DNA of 64,000 bases from NCBI GenBank assembly GCA_035063585.1, contig JAPSGB010000023.1:1-64000 (forward strand). Direction: 5' to 3'. A program made the position numbers and the translations under genes. This document shows, piece by piece, positions 1-11,757 of this stretch (positions within the stretch are counted from its first letter, which is position 1; every line of letters starts with the position of its first letter). Below the pieces are notes generated by a model that worked only from the letters and a program-made list of their open reading frames with translations, searched no databases and was not told the origin of the DNA. The DNA comes from Polyangiaceae bacterium. Its GTDB lineage: Bacteria > Myxococcota_A > Polyangia > Polyangiales > Polyangiaceae.

Positions 1-155
1 TGGGGCCGGGCGTGGCCGCGCGGGCGAGCGCGCGCCGGCGCGGCCGGCTCGAGCGGAAGCTCGCCCGGCCGAAGCGCTGAGGGCACGCGGGCTCGGCGCC
101 GCCGCGCGATGCGTGCTCCGCCGGCGGGCGGATCTGCTAAACGAGCCTCCGGCCC

Positions 156-2789
<2,634 letters not shown>

Positions 2790-2931
2790 GCGCTAGACAC
2801 CCGCGCGGGTGTGGGAAAGCTGTTGTTTCCCGTGAAACCGCGCCGGACCGAGCGGCCGGGTGCGCCGTGCGATCGCGGCGGCGAGCGGAAGGCCGGGCCC
2901 GTCCCGGTCGGGTGTGTTACGGTCGCGGCGC

Positions 2932-3582
2932 ATGCTCACGGTCGGTTGTGCCGGGTTCGCGGTCCCGGCGACGCGCTACTTCAAGGAGCACCTCTTTGTC
3001 GAGGTCCAGGAGACACACCTGGCGGTCCCCGGCCCGGGCACGCTGCGCCGCTGGCGTCGCGAGGCCCCCGAGGGGTTCGAGTTCGCGCTGCTCGCCCCCC
3101 GCGAGATCGGCCAGGAGGGCTTCCGCGCCGGAAAGGTGATCGAGACCGCCCTGAAGACGCTCCACGAGGTCGCCGCCGAGCTCGACGCGCGCACGGCCGT
3201 GTTCGTCGCCCCGCCGGATTTCAGCGCGTCGCGCGCGAACCGCGCCGCGCTCCGCGAGTTCCTGAAGAGCGTGAGCTCGGAGTTCGCGCGGGTGGTGTTC
3301 GAGGTCGAGTCGCCGTGGGCGCCCGACGACGCCGACGCCCTCGCCGAGGAGACGGGCACGCTCGCCTCGCGCGATCCCCTGCGCCACGGCCTCTCCGCGC
3401 GCGCGACCGCGTATTATCGCCTGCCCGGCCCGGCGGGGCACAAGTCGCGCTACGAGGATCCGGCCATCGAGCGCCTCGCCGAGATCGCCGCGAGCGCGCC
3501 GGAGCAGGACGCCATCTACGTGTTCACGAACGTGGACATGTTCGCGGACGCCAAGCGCTTCAAGAAGTCGATGGGCGCCTAG
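2932..3582 (+). CDS. DUF72 (YecE-like) family protein
   Basis: ATG at 2932 gives MLTVGCAGF, matching the DUF72 N-terminal (V/I)GxxGF/W; also W..EAPEGFEF, YYRLPG and YVFTN; divergent member. Confidence 0.7.
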   Translation: MLTVGCAGFAVPATRYFKEHLFVEVQETHLAVPGPGTLRRWRREAPEGFEFALLAPREIGQEGFRAGKVIETALKTLHEVAAELDARTAVFVAPPDFSASRANRAALREFLKSVSSEFARVVFEVESPWAPDDADALAEETGTLASRDPLRHGLSARATAYYRLPGPAGHKSRYEDPAIERLAEIAASAPEQDAIYVFTNVDMFADAKRFKKSMGA

Positions 3583-3672
3583 CCGGCGCGCTTCGACTCG
3601 AGCGGGGAGGGGGAGCGGGGGCTGGCGGTCCGTCGCGGCCGGCGTCGCGGACGGCCACCGGCTCGGGCGCGC

Positions 3673-3723
3673 AAAAAAAGCCATCGGCGGGCGCCCCTCG
3701 ATGAGGGGGCCCGCCGGTGAGCT
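3673..3723 (-). terminator. Rho-independent terminator for the 3742..4278 gene
   Basis: Inverted repeat cggcgggc(g)cccctc-gat-gagggggcccgccg; A7 at 3673-3679 reads as a U7 tail on the minus strand, just downstream of the stop. Confidence 0.8.
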
Positions 3724-3741
3724 CTCGACGACCAGCGAGGC

Positions 3742-4278
3742 TTACTGCTGGAAGCACTCGGCGCGGCAGTTCGTCGCGACCGTCTCGTCGTTCATGCAGC
3801 TGATGAGCTCGTTGGTGGTGTCGGCGATCACCCCGCTCGCGTCCTTGGCGCACTGGCCGGCGCAGGTGGCCAGCGCCGCGTCGTCGGCGACGCCGCCGTC
3901 GGAGACCAGGTTGAAGATGCAGTCCTGGATGCAGGGGAGCTCGGTCGCGCAGTCATCGGTGCACTTCTTCCACTGCTCGCAGCAGTTGGTCTGCACGCAG
4001 GTATCGCAGGTGCTGTTGGTCGGATCGGTCGGGTTGCACTCGGCCGAGCTGCCGCCGGTGCCGCCCGTGCTGCTGCCAGCCGTGCCGCCCGTGCTGTTGC
4101 CGGCCGTGCCGCCCGTGCCGGAGCCGGCCGTGCCGCCCGTGTTGCCGGTGTTGCCCGTGTTCCCGCTGCCCGCGCCGCCGTCGGTGTTGCCGTCGGTCGT
4201 CGTCACGGTGCAGCCCGCGACCACGAGCGAAGCCGCGAAGCCCAAAGCTGCCATCATCGCCCAAGCATTCTTCTTCAT
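3742..4278 (-). CDS. Cys-rich lipoprotein with Gly/Thr/Asn linker
   Basis: ATG at 4278 preceded by GGGAGA; signal MKKNAW...VVAG-C; G/T/N/S linker; C-terminal domain with 14 Cys. Confidence 0.8.
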   Translation of the reverse strand: MKKNAWAMMAALGFAASLVVAGCTVTTTDGNTDGGAGSGNTGNTGNTGGTAGSGTGGTAGNSTGGTAGSSTGGTGGSSAECNPTDPTNSTCDTCVQTNCCEQWKKCTDDCATELPCIQDCIFNLVSDGGVADDAALATCAGQCAKDASGVIADTTNELISCMNDETVATNCRAECFQQ

Positions 4279-4669
4279 TTTGTACTTCTCCCTATTCCTT
4301 GTGCCCCGTTCAGACGACGAAGGCTCGATCATCGACCCGAGCGTGCCGTGAGCGGCGCTCGGTGGCCGCGCGATCGAGGCACCGCGGTGCCTCTTCCAGA
4401 CGGCCCCCGGAGCGAGGACCAGCCCGGCAATTTCTCATACGAGAGACGGTTCGTCAATTTCCCCTGCTTTCCCTGCTCAGAGGAGCCGGGCGAAACAGAG
4501 GCTCACCGCGAGATGGACGGGGCTCGGGCGGCAGATATTCGCGCCGCGCTCGACGGAGCGCGGGGTTTCGCGCCGGACCGGCAACCATCCCCCACGAGCC
4601 TCCGGGGTGAGCCGTGCAAAAAATGCGCGCCACGTCAGCCGTGCGCGCTTGCGCGCTCGTGTACGCATG

Positions 4670-6325
4670 TTATTCACTGTAGCGAATATTTTGCGCCTTG
4701 GCAGGTCGGGGCGGCCGGCGCCGGAAGAAGGCCCCCGCGAAGCTCGCCGCGGCAACTAGCCACCAGGGCCCGTCGCCCCAGAGCTCGTACGGGGTGCGCG
4801 CTCGGAGCCAGGCGATCTCGTGCGCGAGCGCGGCCTCCTGGAAGGTGGGCGTGTGGGCGACGACTCGCCCCACCGGATCGATGAAGGCGCTCACGCCGCT
4901 GTTGGTCGAGCGGACGAAGTAGCGTCGGTGCTCGACCGCGCGGAAGCTCGCGAGGGCGAGGTGGATCCAGGGCTCGGTGGTGTCGCCGAACCAGGCGTCG
5001 TTGGTGATGTTGACGAGCAGGGACGGATCCCCGGTGCGGACGATCTGGTTGACGAAGGACGGGCTGATGTCCTCGTAGCAAATGAACGTGCCGACCTCGT
5101 GGCCGGCCACCTCGAGCGGGGCGAAGCTGGTCCCGGGGGTGAATTTCCCGGAGTTCGGCGACCACTCGTAGAGCTTCGGGAACACCCCGCCGAAGGGCAG
5201 GTATTCGCCGAAGGCGAGCAGGAACTGCTTGTCGTACCGGCCGACGATGCGCCCGCTGGCGTCGCTCGCGAGCGCCGAGTTGAAGAGCACGTAGCGCCGG
5301 GCGTCGCTCACCTCGCGCACGATGACCCCGCCGAAGATGGCGGGGACGCCCAGGCGCCTGGTGAAGGTGAGGGGATAGACGAGCGGGACCTCTGCCTCGT
5401 CGACCGCGCTCATCACGCTCGTCTCGCTCCAGACGACCAGATCGAGCTTGCCGTCCTCCTCGAGCTCGCGGGTGAGCGCGACGTGGCGGCGTAGCCCCTC
5501 CGACTTCTGGCTGCGCTTGCCGAGCAGGCTCATGTTGGCCTGCACCAGCCCGACGCGCGCCTTCGGTGCCGCGCGGACGGCGGCGTCGACCATCGGGATC
5601 CGGACCGCCCCGTAGAGCGCGGCGAGCGCCGGGACCGCGGCGAGCCCGCCCGCCACCTTCCAGCGGAGCCGGCGCTTCTCGAGGCGCGCGAGCGCGAGCT
5701 CGGCGACCGCGAGGTTCGCCGCGACCAGCACCAGCGCGACCGCGATCGGCCCGCCGAGCTCGGCGACCTGGATGAGCGCGGGGACTTGGTGGACGGTCGC
5801 GCCGTAGTACCAGGGAAAGAGCAGCGGGAAGGTGAGCTCGCTCGCCGCGAAGGCGAGCGCGAACACCGGTCCGGGGGGCCAGCCGCGGAGCTCGGCGCGC
5901 GCCGAGAGCCAGCCGAGCAGCCCGATCCGGCCCGCCTGGTAGCCGCAGAGCAAGGCCATGAAGACGAGGCACAGCGGCCACGGGAAGCCGCTGAACGTCT
6001 GGAGCATCTCCATCAGCCAGTAGAAGCCGAACATCGTCATCGTGAAGCCGGCGAGCCAGCCGAGCGCGGTCGCGCGCCGGGCGCGCTGCCCGCGGAGCGC
6101 GACGATGAGCGGCGCGAGCGCCACGAAGGCGAGCGGCCAGAGATCGATGCCGGGGAAGGCGAGGAAGTAGAGCAGCCCGGAGAGGAACGCGAGCGGGTAC
6201 GCCGCGCGTGCGCCGAGCAGGGGATGGGTGCGGTCGCGGAGCGCGTCCGCCGCGCGGTCCTCCGCCTCGACGGGCGGGGCGGCCGCGTCGTCGGGCGGAC
6301 TCTCGGGCTCGCTCGCGTCGCTCAC
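4670..6325 (-). CDS. lnt: Apolipoprotein N-acyltransferase
   Basis: Multi-TM N-terminal half; nitrilase-fold triad motifs VWSET, YDKQFLLAFGEY and ICYED; NITNDAWFG; start uncertain (GTG 6325 chosen). Confidence 0.95.
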   Translation of the reverse strand: MSDASEPESPPDDAAAPPVEAEDRAADALRDRTHPLLGARAAYPLAFLSGLLYFLAFPGIDLWPLAFVALAPLIVALRGQRARRATALGWLAGFTMTMFGFYWLMEMLQTFSGFPWPLCLVFMALLCGYQAGRIGLLGWLSARAELRGWPPGPVFALAFAASELTFPLLFPWYYGATVHQVPALIQVAELGGPIAVALVLVAANLAVAELALARLEKRRLRWKVAGGLAAVPALAALYGAVRIPMVDAAVRAAPKARVGLVQANMSLLGKRSQKSEGLRRHVALTRELEEDGKLDLVVWSETSVMSAVDEAEVPLVYPLTFTRRLGVPAIFGGVIVREVSDARRYVLFNSALASDASGRIVGRYDKQFLLAFGEYLPFGGVFPKLYEWSPNSGKFTPGTSFAPLEVAGHEVGTFICYEDISPSFVNQIVRTGDPSLLVNITNDAWFGDTTEPWIHLALASFRAVEHRRYFVRSTNSGVSAFIDPVGRVVAHTPTFQEAALAHEIAWLRARTPYELWGDGPWWLVAAASFAGAFFRRRPPRPAKAQNIRYSE

Positions 6326-6469
6326 GGGGCTCTCGCGCGCGAACTTTTCGCGGCGCACGGGCGCCGTCAAGCGGGAAGCCGCTCGCGCGTGCCGCGCTAC
6401 CCTGGCGAGCGCCGCGGCGTCTTACGGCTTGCGAGGGCCGCCGCGAACGGGAAGACTCGGGCGGGCCCG

Positions 6470-7681
6470 ATGGCGCGCGTGCTTCACATCGAGGACGATC
6501 CCGCCAACCGCCTGCTGGTGCGAAAGCTCCTCACGCCCGCCGGCTTTCAGGTGATCGACGCGGCCGACGGGCTCGAGGGGGTCCGCAAGGCGCTCACCGA
6601 GCACCCGGATCTGGTGCTGGTGGACATCGCGATCCCGGGGCTCGACGGCTACGAGGTGACGCTGCGCCTGCGCGCCGAGCCGGCGCTCCGCGACGTGCCC
6701 ATCGTGGCGATCACCGCCGAGGGGCGCCGCGAGACGAGCCTCGCGGTCGGCGCGGACGGCTTCCTGCAGAAGCCCATCGACGCCCGCTCGTTCGCGAACA
6801 CCGTGCGCGGCTATCTCGGGGGGCGGCGCGAGCAGGTCTCGGTCGACGAGACGGGCGCGCAGCTCCGCTCGCAGAGCCAGCGCATCGTCGGGCACCTCGA
6901 GGAGACCATCGCGGAGCTGACCGCGGCCAACGTGCGGCTCGTGGAGCTCGATCAGGCGCGCAAGGAGTTTTACCGGAACGTGTCGCACGAGCTCGCGACC
7001 CCGATGACGCCGATCGTCGGCTACGTGAAGCTGCTCCGCGACGGCGAGCTCGGGCCGCTCTCACCGGCTCAAGAGAAGGCGCTCCGCGCGGTCGACGAGT
7101 GCGTTGGTCGGCTCCGCGGGCTCATCGACAACCTGCTCGACGTGACCGGCACCGAGACCGGTCGCATGCGCTTCGCGCACCGCGACTATGACCTCACCGA
7201 GGTCGCGCGGCGCGGGCTCGCCCGCTGCGCGGACCGCCTGGCGGAGCGACGGATCCGGCTCATTTCCGAGCTCCCCGGCGACGGGCTCCCGGCCTTCGGC
7301 GATCCCGCGCGCCTCGGGCGCGCCCTCGACCAGCTGCTCGACAACGCCGCGAAATTCACGCCGGAGGGCGGTACGGTCGGCCTGCGCGCGCGCGCGCTCG
7401 CCGGCGGTCAGCTCGAGCTGTGCGTCGCCGACAGCGGCCCGGGCGTGCCGCCGAGCCAGCTCGGGCGGCTGTTCGAGCCGTTCGTCCAGGCCGACGGCTC
7501 TCCGACGCGCTCGGTGGGCGGCGCAGGGGTCGGGCTCGCCATCGCGCGCGGCATCGCGCGGGGGCACGGCGGCGACGCGCGAGTGGTGTCCCCCGCCGAC
7601 GAGCTCATCGGGGGCGAGCGCCTCTCCGGCTCGGCGTTCTATCTCGTGTTCGCAGCGCGCGCGCCCGAGAGCCACTCGTGA
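6470..7681 (+). CDS. Hybrid receiver / histidine kinase (soluble, N-terminal REC)
   Basis: MARVLHIEDD...LVDIAIPG...QKP receiver; H-box SHELATP; N-box LLDNAAKFT; G1 DSGPGV; G2 GAGVGLAI. Confidence 0.93.
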   Translation: MARVLHIEDDPANRLLVRKLLTPAGFQVIDAADGLEGVRKALTEHPDLVLVDIAIPGLDGYEVTLRLRAEPALRDVPIVAITAEGRRETSLAVGADGFLQKPIDARSFANTVRGYLGGRREQVSVDETGAQLRSQSQRIVGHLEETIAELTAANVRLVELDQARKEFYRNVSHELATPMTPIVGYVKLLRDGELGPLSPAQEKALRAVDECVGRLRGLIDNLLDVTGTETGRMRFAHRDYDLTEVARRGLARCADRLAERRIRLISELPGDGLPAFGDPARLGRALDQLLDNAAKFTPEGGTVGLRARALAGGQLELCVADSGPGVPPSQLGRLFEPFVQADGSPTRSVGGAGVGLAIARGIARGHGGDARVVSPADELIGGERLSGSAFYLVFAARAPESHS

Positions 7682-8790
7682 GCGGGCCGCGCGTCTACCT
7701 CGACTGGAACGCGACCACGCCGCCCCTGCCCGAGGTGTGCGCCGCGATGCGCGCCGCGCTCGAGGCGTGCTGGGCGAACCCGTCGAGCATCCATGCCGAC
7801 GGGCGCCGCGCCCGCGCCGTGATCGAGGACACCCGCGAGGCGCTCGCCGCCCTCATCGAGGCGCACCCGCGCGACGTCCTCTTTACCAGCGGAGGCACCG
7901 AGGCGAACAACCTCGCGCTCCACGACGCTCTCGGGCTCGCGCTCTCGCGCCTCGAGCACCCGTCGATCATCCGCGTGGCCGAGCGCTTGGCCGCCGAGGG
8001 GAGGCCGGTAGTTTGGCTGCCCGTCGCGGAATCGGGGATGATCGAGCTCGACGCGTGGCCAGAGCTCCTCGGTGGGCTCCCGCCCGGCTCGCGCGTCGCG
8101 CTCATGGCCGCCAACCACGAGACCGGGGTAATCCAGCCCATCGCCCGCGCGGCGGCGCTGGCGCACGCCGCCGGGCTGCGGCTCCACGTGGACGCCGTGC
8201 AGGCGCTCGGCAAGCTGCCGGCCTCGAGCTGGCAGGGCGCCGACACGGTGTCGGTCGCGGCCCACAAGCTCCGCGGGCCGAAGGGGATCGGCGCGCTCGC
8301 CTGGCGCGGCCCGCCGGCGCCCCGGCCCCTGCTCGTCGGCGGCGCGCAGGAGCGCGGGCTCCGACCGGGCACGCTCGATCCGATCGCCGCCGCGGGGTTC
8401 GGCGCGGCCGCCGCGCGCGCGAAGGACGGCCCCGCGCGCTACGCCGCGCTCGAGCCGCTCCGCGCGCGCCTCGCGGGCGCGCTCGCCGAGCACGGCGAGG
8501 AGAACGGCGCGGCGCCGCGCCTGCCGCACGTGGCGAGCTTCTCGTTTCCTGGCTGGCGCGGCGACGAGCTGGTCGCCGCGCTCGATCTGCTCGGCGTGTC
8601 GGTGTCGAGCGGGAGCGCGTGCAGCGCCGGCACGAGCGAGGCCTCGCCGGTCATCCGCGCCATGCTCGGCGAAGAGCGCGCGCGCTCCGCGGTTCGAGCG
8701 AGCCTCGGCGACGCCACCACCGCGAGCGAGGTCGAGCGCGCGATCCACGCGTTTCGTCGCGCACTTACGCGCCGTTCTTCGAGTAGCTGA
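7678..8790 (+). CDS. Cysteine desulfurase (IscS/NifS-like, class V PLP)
   Basis: VYLDWNATTP, NPSS, FTSGGTEANN, HVDAVQ, AHKLRGPKG (PLP Lys), SSGSAC (catalytic Cys); GTGA overlap with the kinase stop. Confidence 0.93.
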   Translation: MSGPRVYLDWNATTPPLPEVCAAMRAALEACWANPSSIHADGRRARAVIEDTREALAALIEAHPRDVLFTSGGTEANNLALHDALGLALSRLEHPSIIRVAERLAAEGRPVVWLPVAESGMIELDAWPELLGGLPPGSRVALMAANHETGVIQPIARAAALAHAAGLRLHVDAVQALGKLPASSWQGADTVSVAAHKLRGPKGIGALAWRGPPAPRPLLVGGAQERGLRPGTLDPIAAAGFGAAAARAKDGPARYAALEPLRARLAGALAEHGEENGAAPRLPHVASFSFPGWRGDELVAALDLLGVSVSSGSACSAGTSEASPVIRAMLGEERARSAVRASLGDATTASEVERAIHAFRRALTRRSSSS

Positions 8791-8986
8791 GGGAGCGCGT
8801 GAAGCGCGCGGGCAGAGTCGATCCGCCGCTTGATCTTCGCGGGCGTAACCCCGCGAAACCACGACGGCTTGGCCGCGAGGTTCCGCGCCGGACCGACCTT
8901 CCATTCAATGGAATCGCGGGGGCGCCACGCGTGACGGGTGTTCAGGGCCCGGCGACACCTCTAGAAAGTACCTTCGAGAGTTGATT

Positions 8987-9733
8987 CTAACCAGCTGAGT
9001 TCACTCGCTGTTTCGCTGCCTCATAGAGCGCGATCCCGGCCGCCACCGAGGCGTTCAGCGACTGCACTCGGCCCGGCGGGACGAGGTGCGCGAGGACGCC
9101 GCACGCGCGGCGCACGGAGCGGTGCATCCCGGTGTGCTCGCTGCCGATGACGAGCACCGTCGGGCCCCGGAGATCGAGCGAGGCGAGCGCGAGCGGCGCC
9201 GCGGGGTCGAGCCCAACGACCGTCGCGCCGGCCTCGGCCGCCTCCTCGAGCGCGGCAGGCAGCGAAGGCACTCGGCATAGCGTCGCGTGCTCGATCGCGC
9301 CCGCCGACGCGCGACCGGTCGCGGCGCCGAGCGGCGCGGAGGCGTGCTCGCCCCAGAGGATGGGGGCGCCGGCGAGCGCCACCGCGCTCCGAACGACCGC
9401 GCCGAAGTTCTGCGGATCCTGGATCCCGTCGAGGGCGAGCGCGAGGAGACCGGGCCAAGCGAGCACCTCGCCGACCGGCGTGAGCGCGAGCGGCGGTCCC
9501 CAGGCGAGCGCGCCTTGGTGCTCGACCGAGCCGGCCAGCCGATCGAGCTCGCGGCGGGGCAGGCGCTCCAAGCGGGCGACGCCCTGATCGCGCGCAAAGC
9601 GCACGAGCGCCTCGAGGCGAGGCGTGTCGCGCGCTTCGACCGCGACGCGGTCGAGCGCGGCCGGGCGGGCGCGGATGGCCTCGCGCACGGCCTGCATCCC
9701 GGCGATGAGCCGCTCAGCGCGCGGCTCGGTCAT
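8987..9733 (-). CDS. SPOUT 2'-O-methyltransferase, RlmB/TrmH family
   Basis: LDGIQDPQNFGAVVRSA, VIGSEHTG, SLNASVA; RlmB-like N-terminal domain. Confidence 0.92.
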   Translation of the reverse strand: MTEPRAERLIAGMQAVREAIRARPAALDRVAVEARDTPRLEALVRFARDQGVARLERLPRRELDRLAGSVEHQGALAWGPPLALTPVGEVLAWPGLLALALDGIQDPQNFGAVVRSAVALAGAPILWGEHASAPLGAATGRASAGAIEHATLCRVPSLPAALEEAAEAGATVVGLDPAAPLALASLDLRGPTVLVIGSEHTGMHRSVRRACGVLAHLVPPGRVQSLNASVAAGIALYEAAKQRVNSAG

Positions 9734-10451
9734 CCAGCGCCTCGGCGATCTCGCTCACCAGCGCCTGCGCGGCCACGGCGGGCTCGGCGGCGTCGCGGAT
9801 CGGGCGCCCCACGACCAAGAGACTCGAGCCGGCGCGGATCGCGCCTCCGGGCGAACCGGTGCGCTTCTGATCGCCCGCGCTCGCCCCGCTCGGGCGGATA
9901 CCGGGCGTCACCAGCACGGGCTCCGGGCCGAGCGCCTCGCGGAGCGCGCCCACCTCGGCGGCGGAGCAGACGAGCCCCGGGATGCCTGCGCCGCGCGCGA
10001 GCCGCGCCAGCCGGAGCGCCTGCTCGGCGGGGGAGCCGCTCACGCCGGTGGCGGCGAGATCGGCGGCGTCGAGCGAGGTGAGCACCGTCACGGCGAGCAG
10101 CACGAGCCCGGTGCCCTCGCGCTCGGCTCGCCCGGCGGCGGCCTCGAGCATCCGCGGGCCGCCCGCCGCGTGGAGCGTGAGGTAGCGGGCGCCGAGCCCG
10201 CACGCGGAGGCGACCGCGCGCTCGACCGTCTCGGGGATGTCGTGGAGCTTCAGATCGAGGAAGACCTCGCAGCCGAGCTGCTCGCCGAGCGCGACGGCCG
10301 GGGCGCCCTCGCGGACGAACAGCTCGAGCCCGACCTTGAGCACCCCCGCGTGCTCGCGCACGCGGCTCGCCCCCGTGCGCGCCTCGGCGAGCGACGGGTA
10401 GTCGAGCGCGAACGCCAGCCGACGCCTCGCGGTCGCGAGCGAGCTCGTCAT
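9714..10451 (-). CDS. pyrF: Orotidine-5'-phosphate decarboxylase
   Basis: FALD, KVGLELF, FLDLKLHDIPETV, VTPGIRP, GDQKR, VVGRPI. Confidence 0.97.
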   Translation of the reverse strand: MTSSLATARRRLAFALDYPSLAEARTGASRVREHAGVLKVGLELFVREGAPAVALGEQLGCEVFLDLKLHDIPETVERAVASACGLGARYLTLHAAGGPRMLEAAAGRAEREGTGLVLLAVTVLTSLDAADLAATGVSGSPAEQALRLARLARGAGIPGLVCSAAEVGALREALGPEPVLVTPGIRPSGASAGDQKRTGSPGGAIRAGSSLLVVGRPIRDAAEPAVAAQALVSEIAEALDDRAAR

Positions 10452-11209
10452 CAGAGGCAGGAGCAGAGCGGATCGCCGGGCGGGCAGTTGCAGGGCTTCG
10501 CGCCGCCGCCGGCTGGCTTCGCACCTCCGGTGCGGACCGCGCCGATGGCGCTCGAGGCGGCCTCCTTGGCCTTCTTCGCTGCGGCGAGCTCGGCCTCGAT
10601 CTTGGCGCGCTCGGCCTCGTCCTTCGCGCTGTCGAGCTGCTTCTTGAGCTCGTCTTCGCGCCTCTGCTTCTCTTCGTATTCCTTGGTGAGCTTGCTGAGC
10701 CGCTCTTCCGTCTCGCGCTGCTGGGCCTGCAGGGCCGCGGCCTTGCGGTCCGCTTCGTCGGCGGACTTCTTCCAGAGCATGCCGCCCGTGACGCCGCCGA
10801 TGATGAGCACTCCCGCGATGATCCCCACCGTGATCTGCAGGCGCTTCTTGTGTTTGTCCTGGGTGAGCGAGGCGAGCTGCTGCTCGTGGGCCTGCTGAGA
10901 GGCGAGCGCCTCCATCCGAGCGCGGTGCTCGGCCTCGGCCTTGGCCTTCTCGACCTCACCCTGGCGGATCGCTTCGAGCCGCGCTTCCTCCTCGCGGCGG
11001 CGCTGCTCTTCCATGCGGCGCTGCTCTTCGGCGTCGCGCAGCCTGCGCTCTTCGGCGTCGCGCGCGGCGCGATCCGCGGCGGCCTTCGCTTCCAACTCCG
11101 CGCGAGCGGCGTCCTCGCGCTTCTGCTCCTCTTCCTTGATGCGATCCTCTTCCAGGTTCATGAGCTCCTTGAGCGAGAAGAGGACGGAGCTTTCTTTCTG
11201 TTCGGCCAT
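10451..11209 (-). CDS. Hypothetical single-TM coiled-coil protein with C-terminal Cys motif
   Basis: ATG 11209, MAEQKESSVLFSLKELM; E/R/K-rich coiled coil, one TM (ITVGIIAGVLIIGGVTGGMLW), second coil, ends KPCNCPPGDPLCSCL. Confidence 0.8.
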   Translation of the reverse strand: MAEQKESSVLFSLKELMNLEEDRIKEEEQKREDAARAELEAKAAADRAARDAEERRLRDAEEQRRMEEQRRREEEARLEAIRQGEVEKAKAEAEHRARMEALASQQAHEQQLASLTQDKHKKRLQITVGIIAGVLIIGGVTGGMLWKKSADEADRKAAALQAQQRETEERLSKLTKEYEEKQRREDELKKQLDSAKDEAERAKIEAELAAAKKAKEAASSAIGAVRTGGAKPAGGGAKPCNCPPGDPLCSCL

Positions 11210-11491
11210 GGGCGAGATCCTGCTGGGCTGTGAGGCGGTGCTGAGCGGGTTCCGGGGAGCTTGGCTTGCCGGTAACGCGGCGCTTATCAACTCGGAGACG
11301 AGCCCGTCAACGGGTTCGGGCGAGATAATGTAGTCCAATTTCGCTTCTCGTCCCAAGACGAAGCGCACTTACTAGGACCCGGCGCCGCGCGGCCGCTTGG
11401 ATGGGGCGCGGCGCTCACGCTGGAGCGAGGAAGGGCGCCGACCGAAGAGCGGGCTTGCGCGGGGCGCCCTCCGCCGGTGTAGAGTCGCGCC

Positions 11492-11707
11492 ATGCCGGTG
11501 GACGTCTGCGCACACATCACGGGTACGGTCTGGAAGATCGAGGTTCGGGAGGGAGACGAGGTGGAGGAAGAGCAGACCGTGGTCATCCTCGAGTCCATGA
11601 AGATGGAAATGCCGGTGGAGGCACCGGAGGCCGGCCGGGTGGCGAAGATCGCCGTGACCGAGGGGCAGGCCGTCGAGGAAGGGGACGTCCTGGTCGTCCT
11701 CGAGTAG
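11492..11707 (+). CDS. Stand-alone biotinyl/lipoyl carrier protein
   Basis: 71 aa; GTVWKI.VREGD.V...ILESMKMEMPV...G.V..I.V.EGQ.V..GD, the biotinyl-domain pattern with MKM. Confidence 0.9.
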   Translation: MPVDVCAHITGTVWKIEVREGDEVEEEQTVVILESMKMEMPVEAPEAGRVAKIAVTEGQAVEEGDVLVVLE

Positions 11708-11757
11708 AGGCTCCCGCGCCGGACGGGATGGCGCTATCATCGAGCCTACGGCGGACG

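Noticed and set aside
1..155. T-box or attenuator upstream of leuS
   Set aside because: No T-box consensus or U-tailed terminator is visible in the available 155 nt.
4615..4632. Sigma-54-like promoter TGGCGCGCATTTTTTGCA on the minus strand
   Set aside because: The GG-to-GC spacing is 2 nt longer than the strict -24/-12 requirement.
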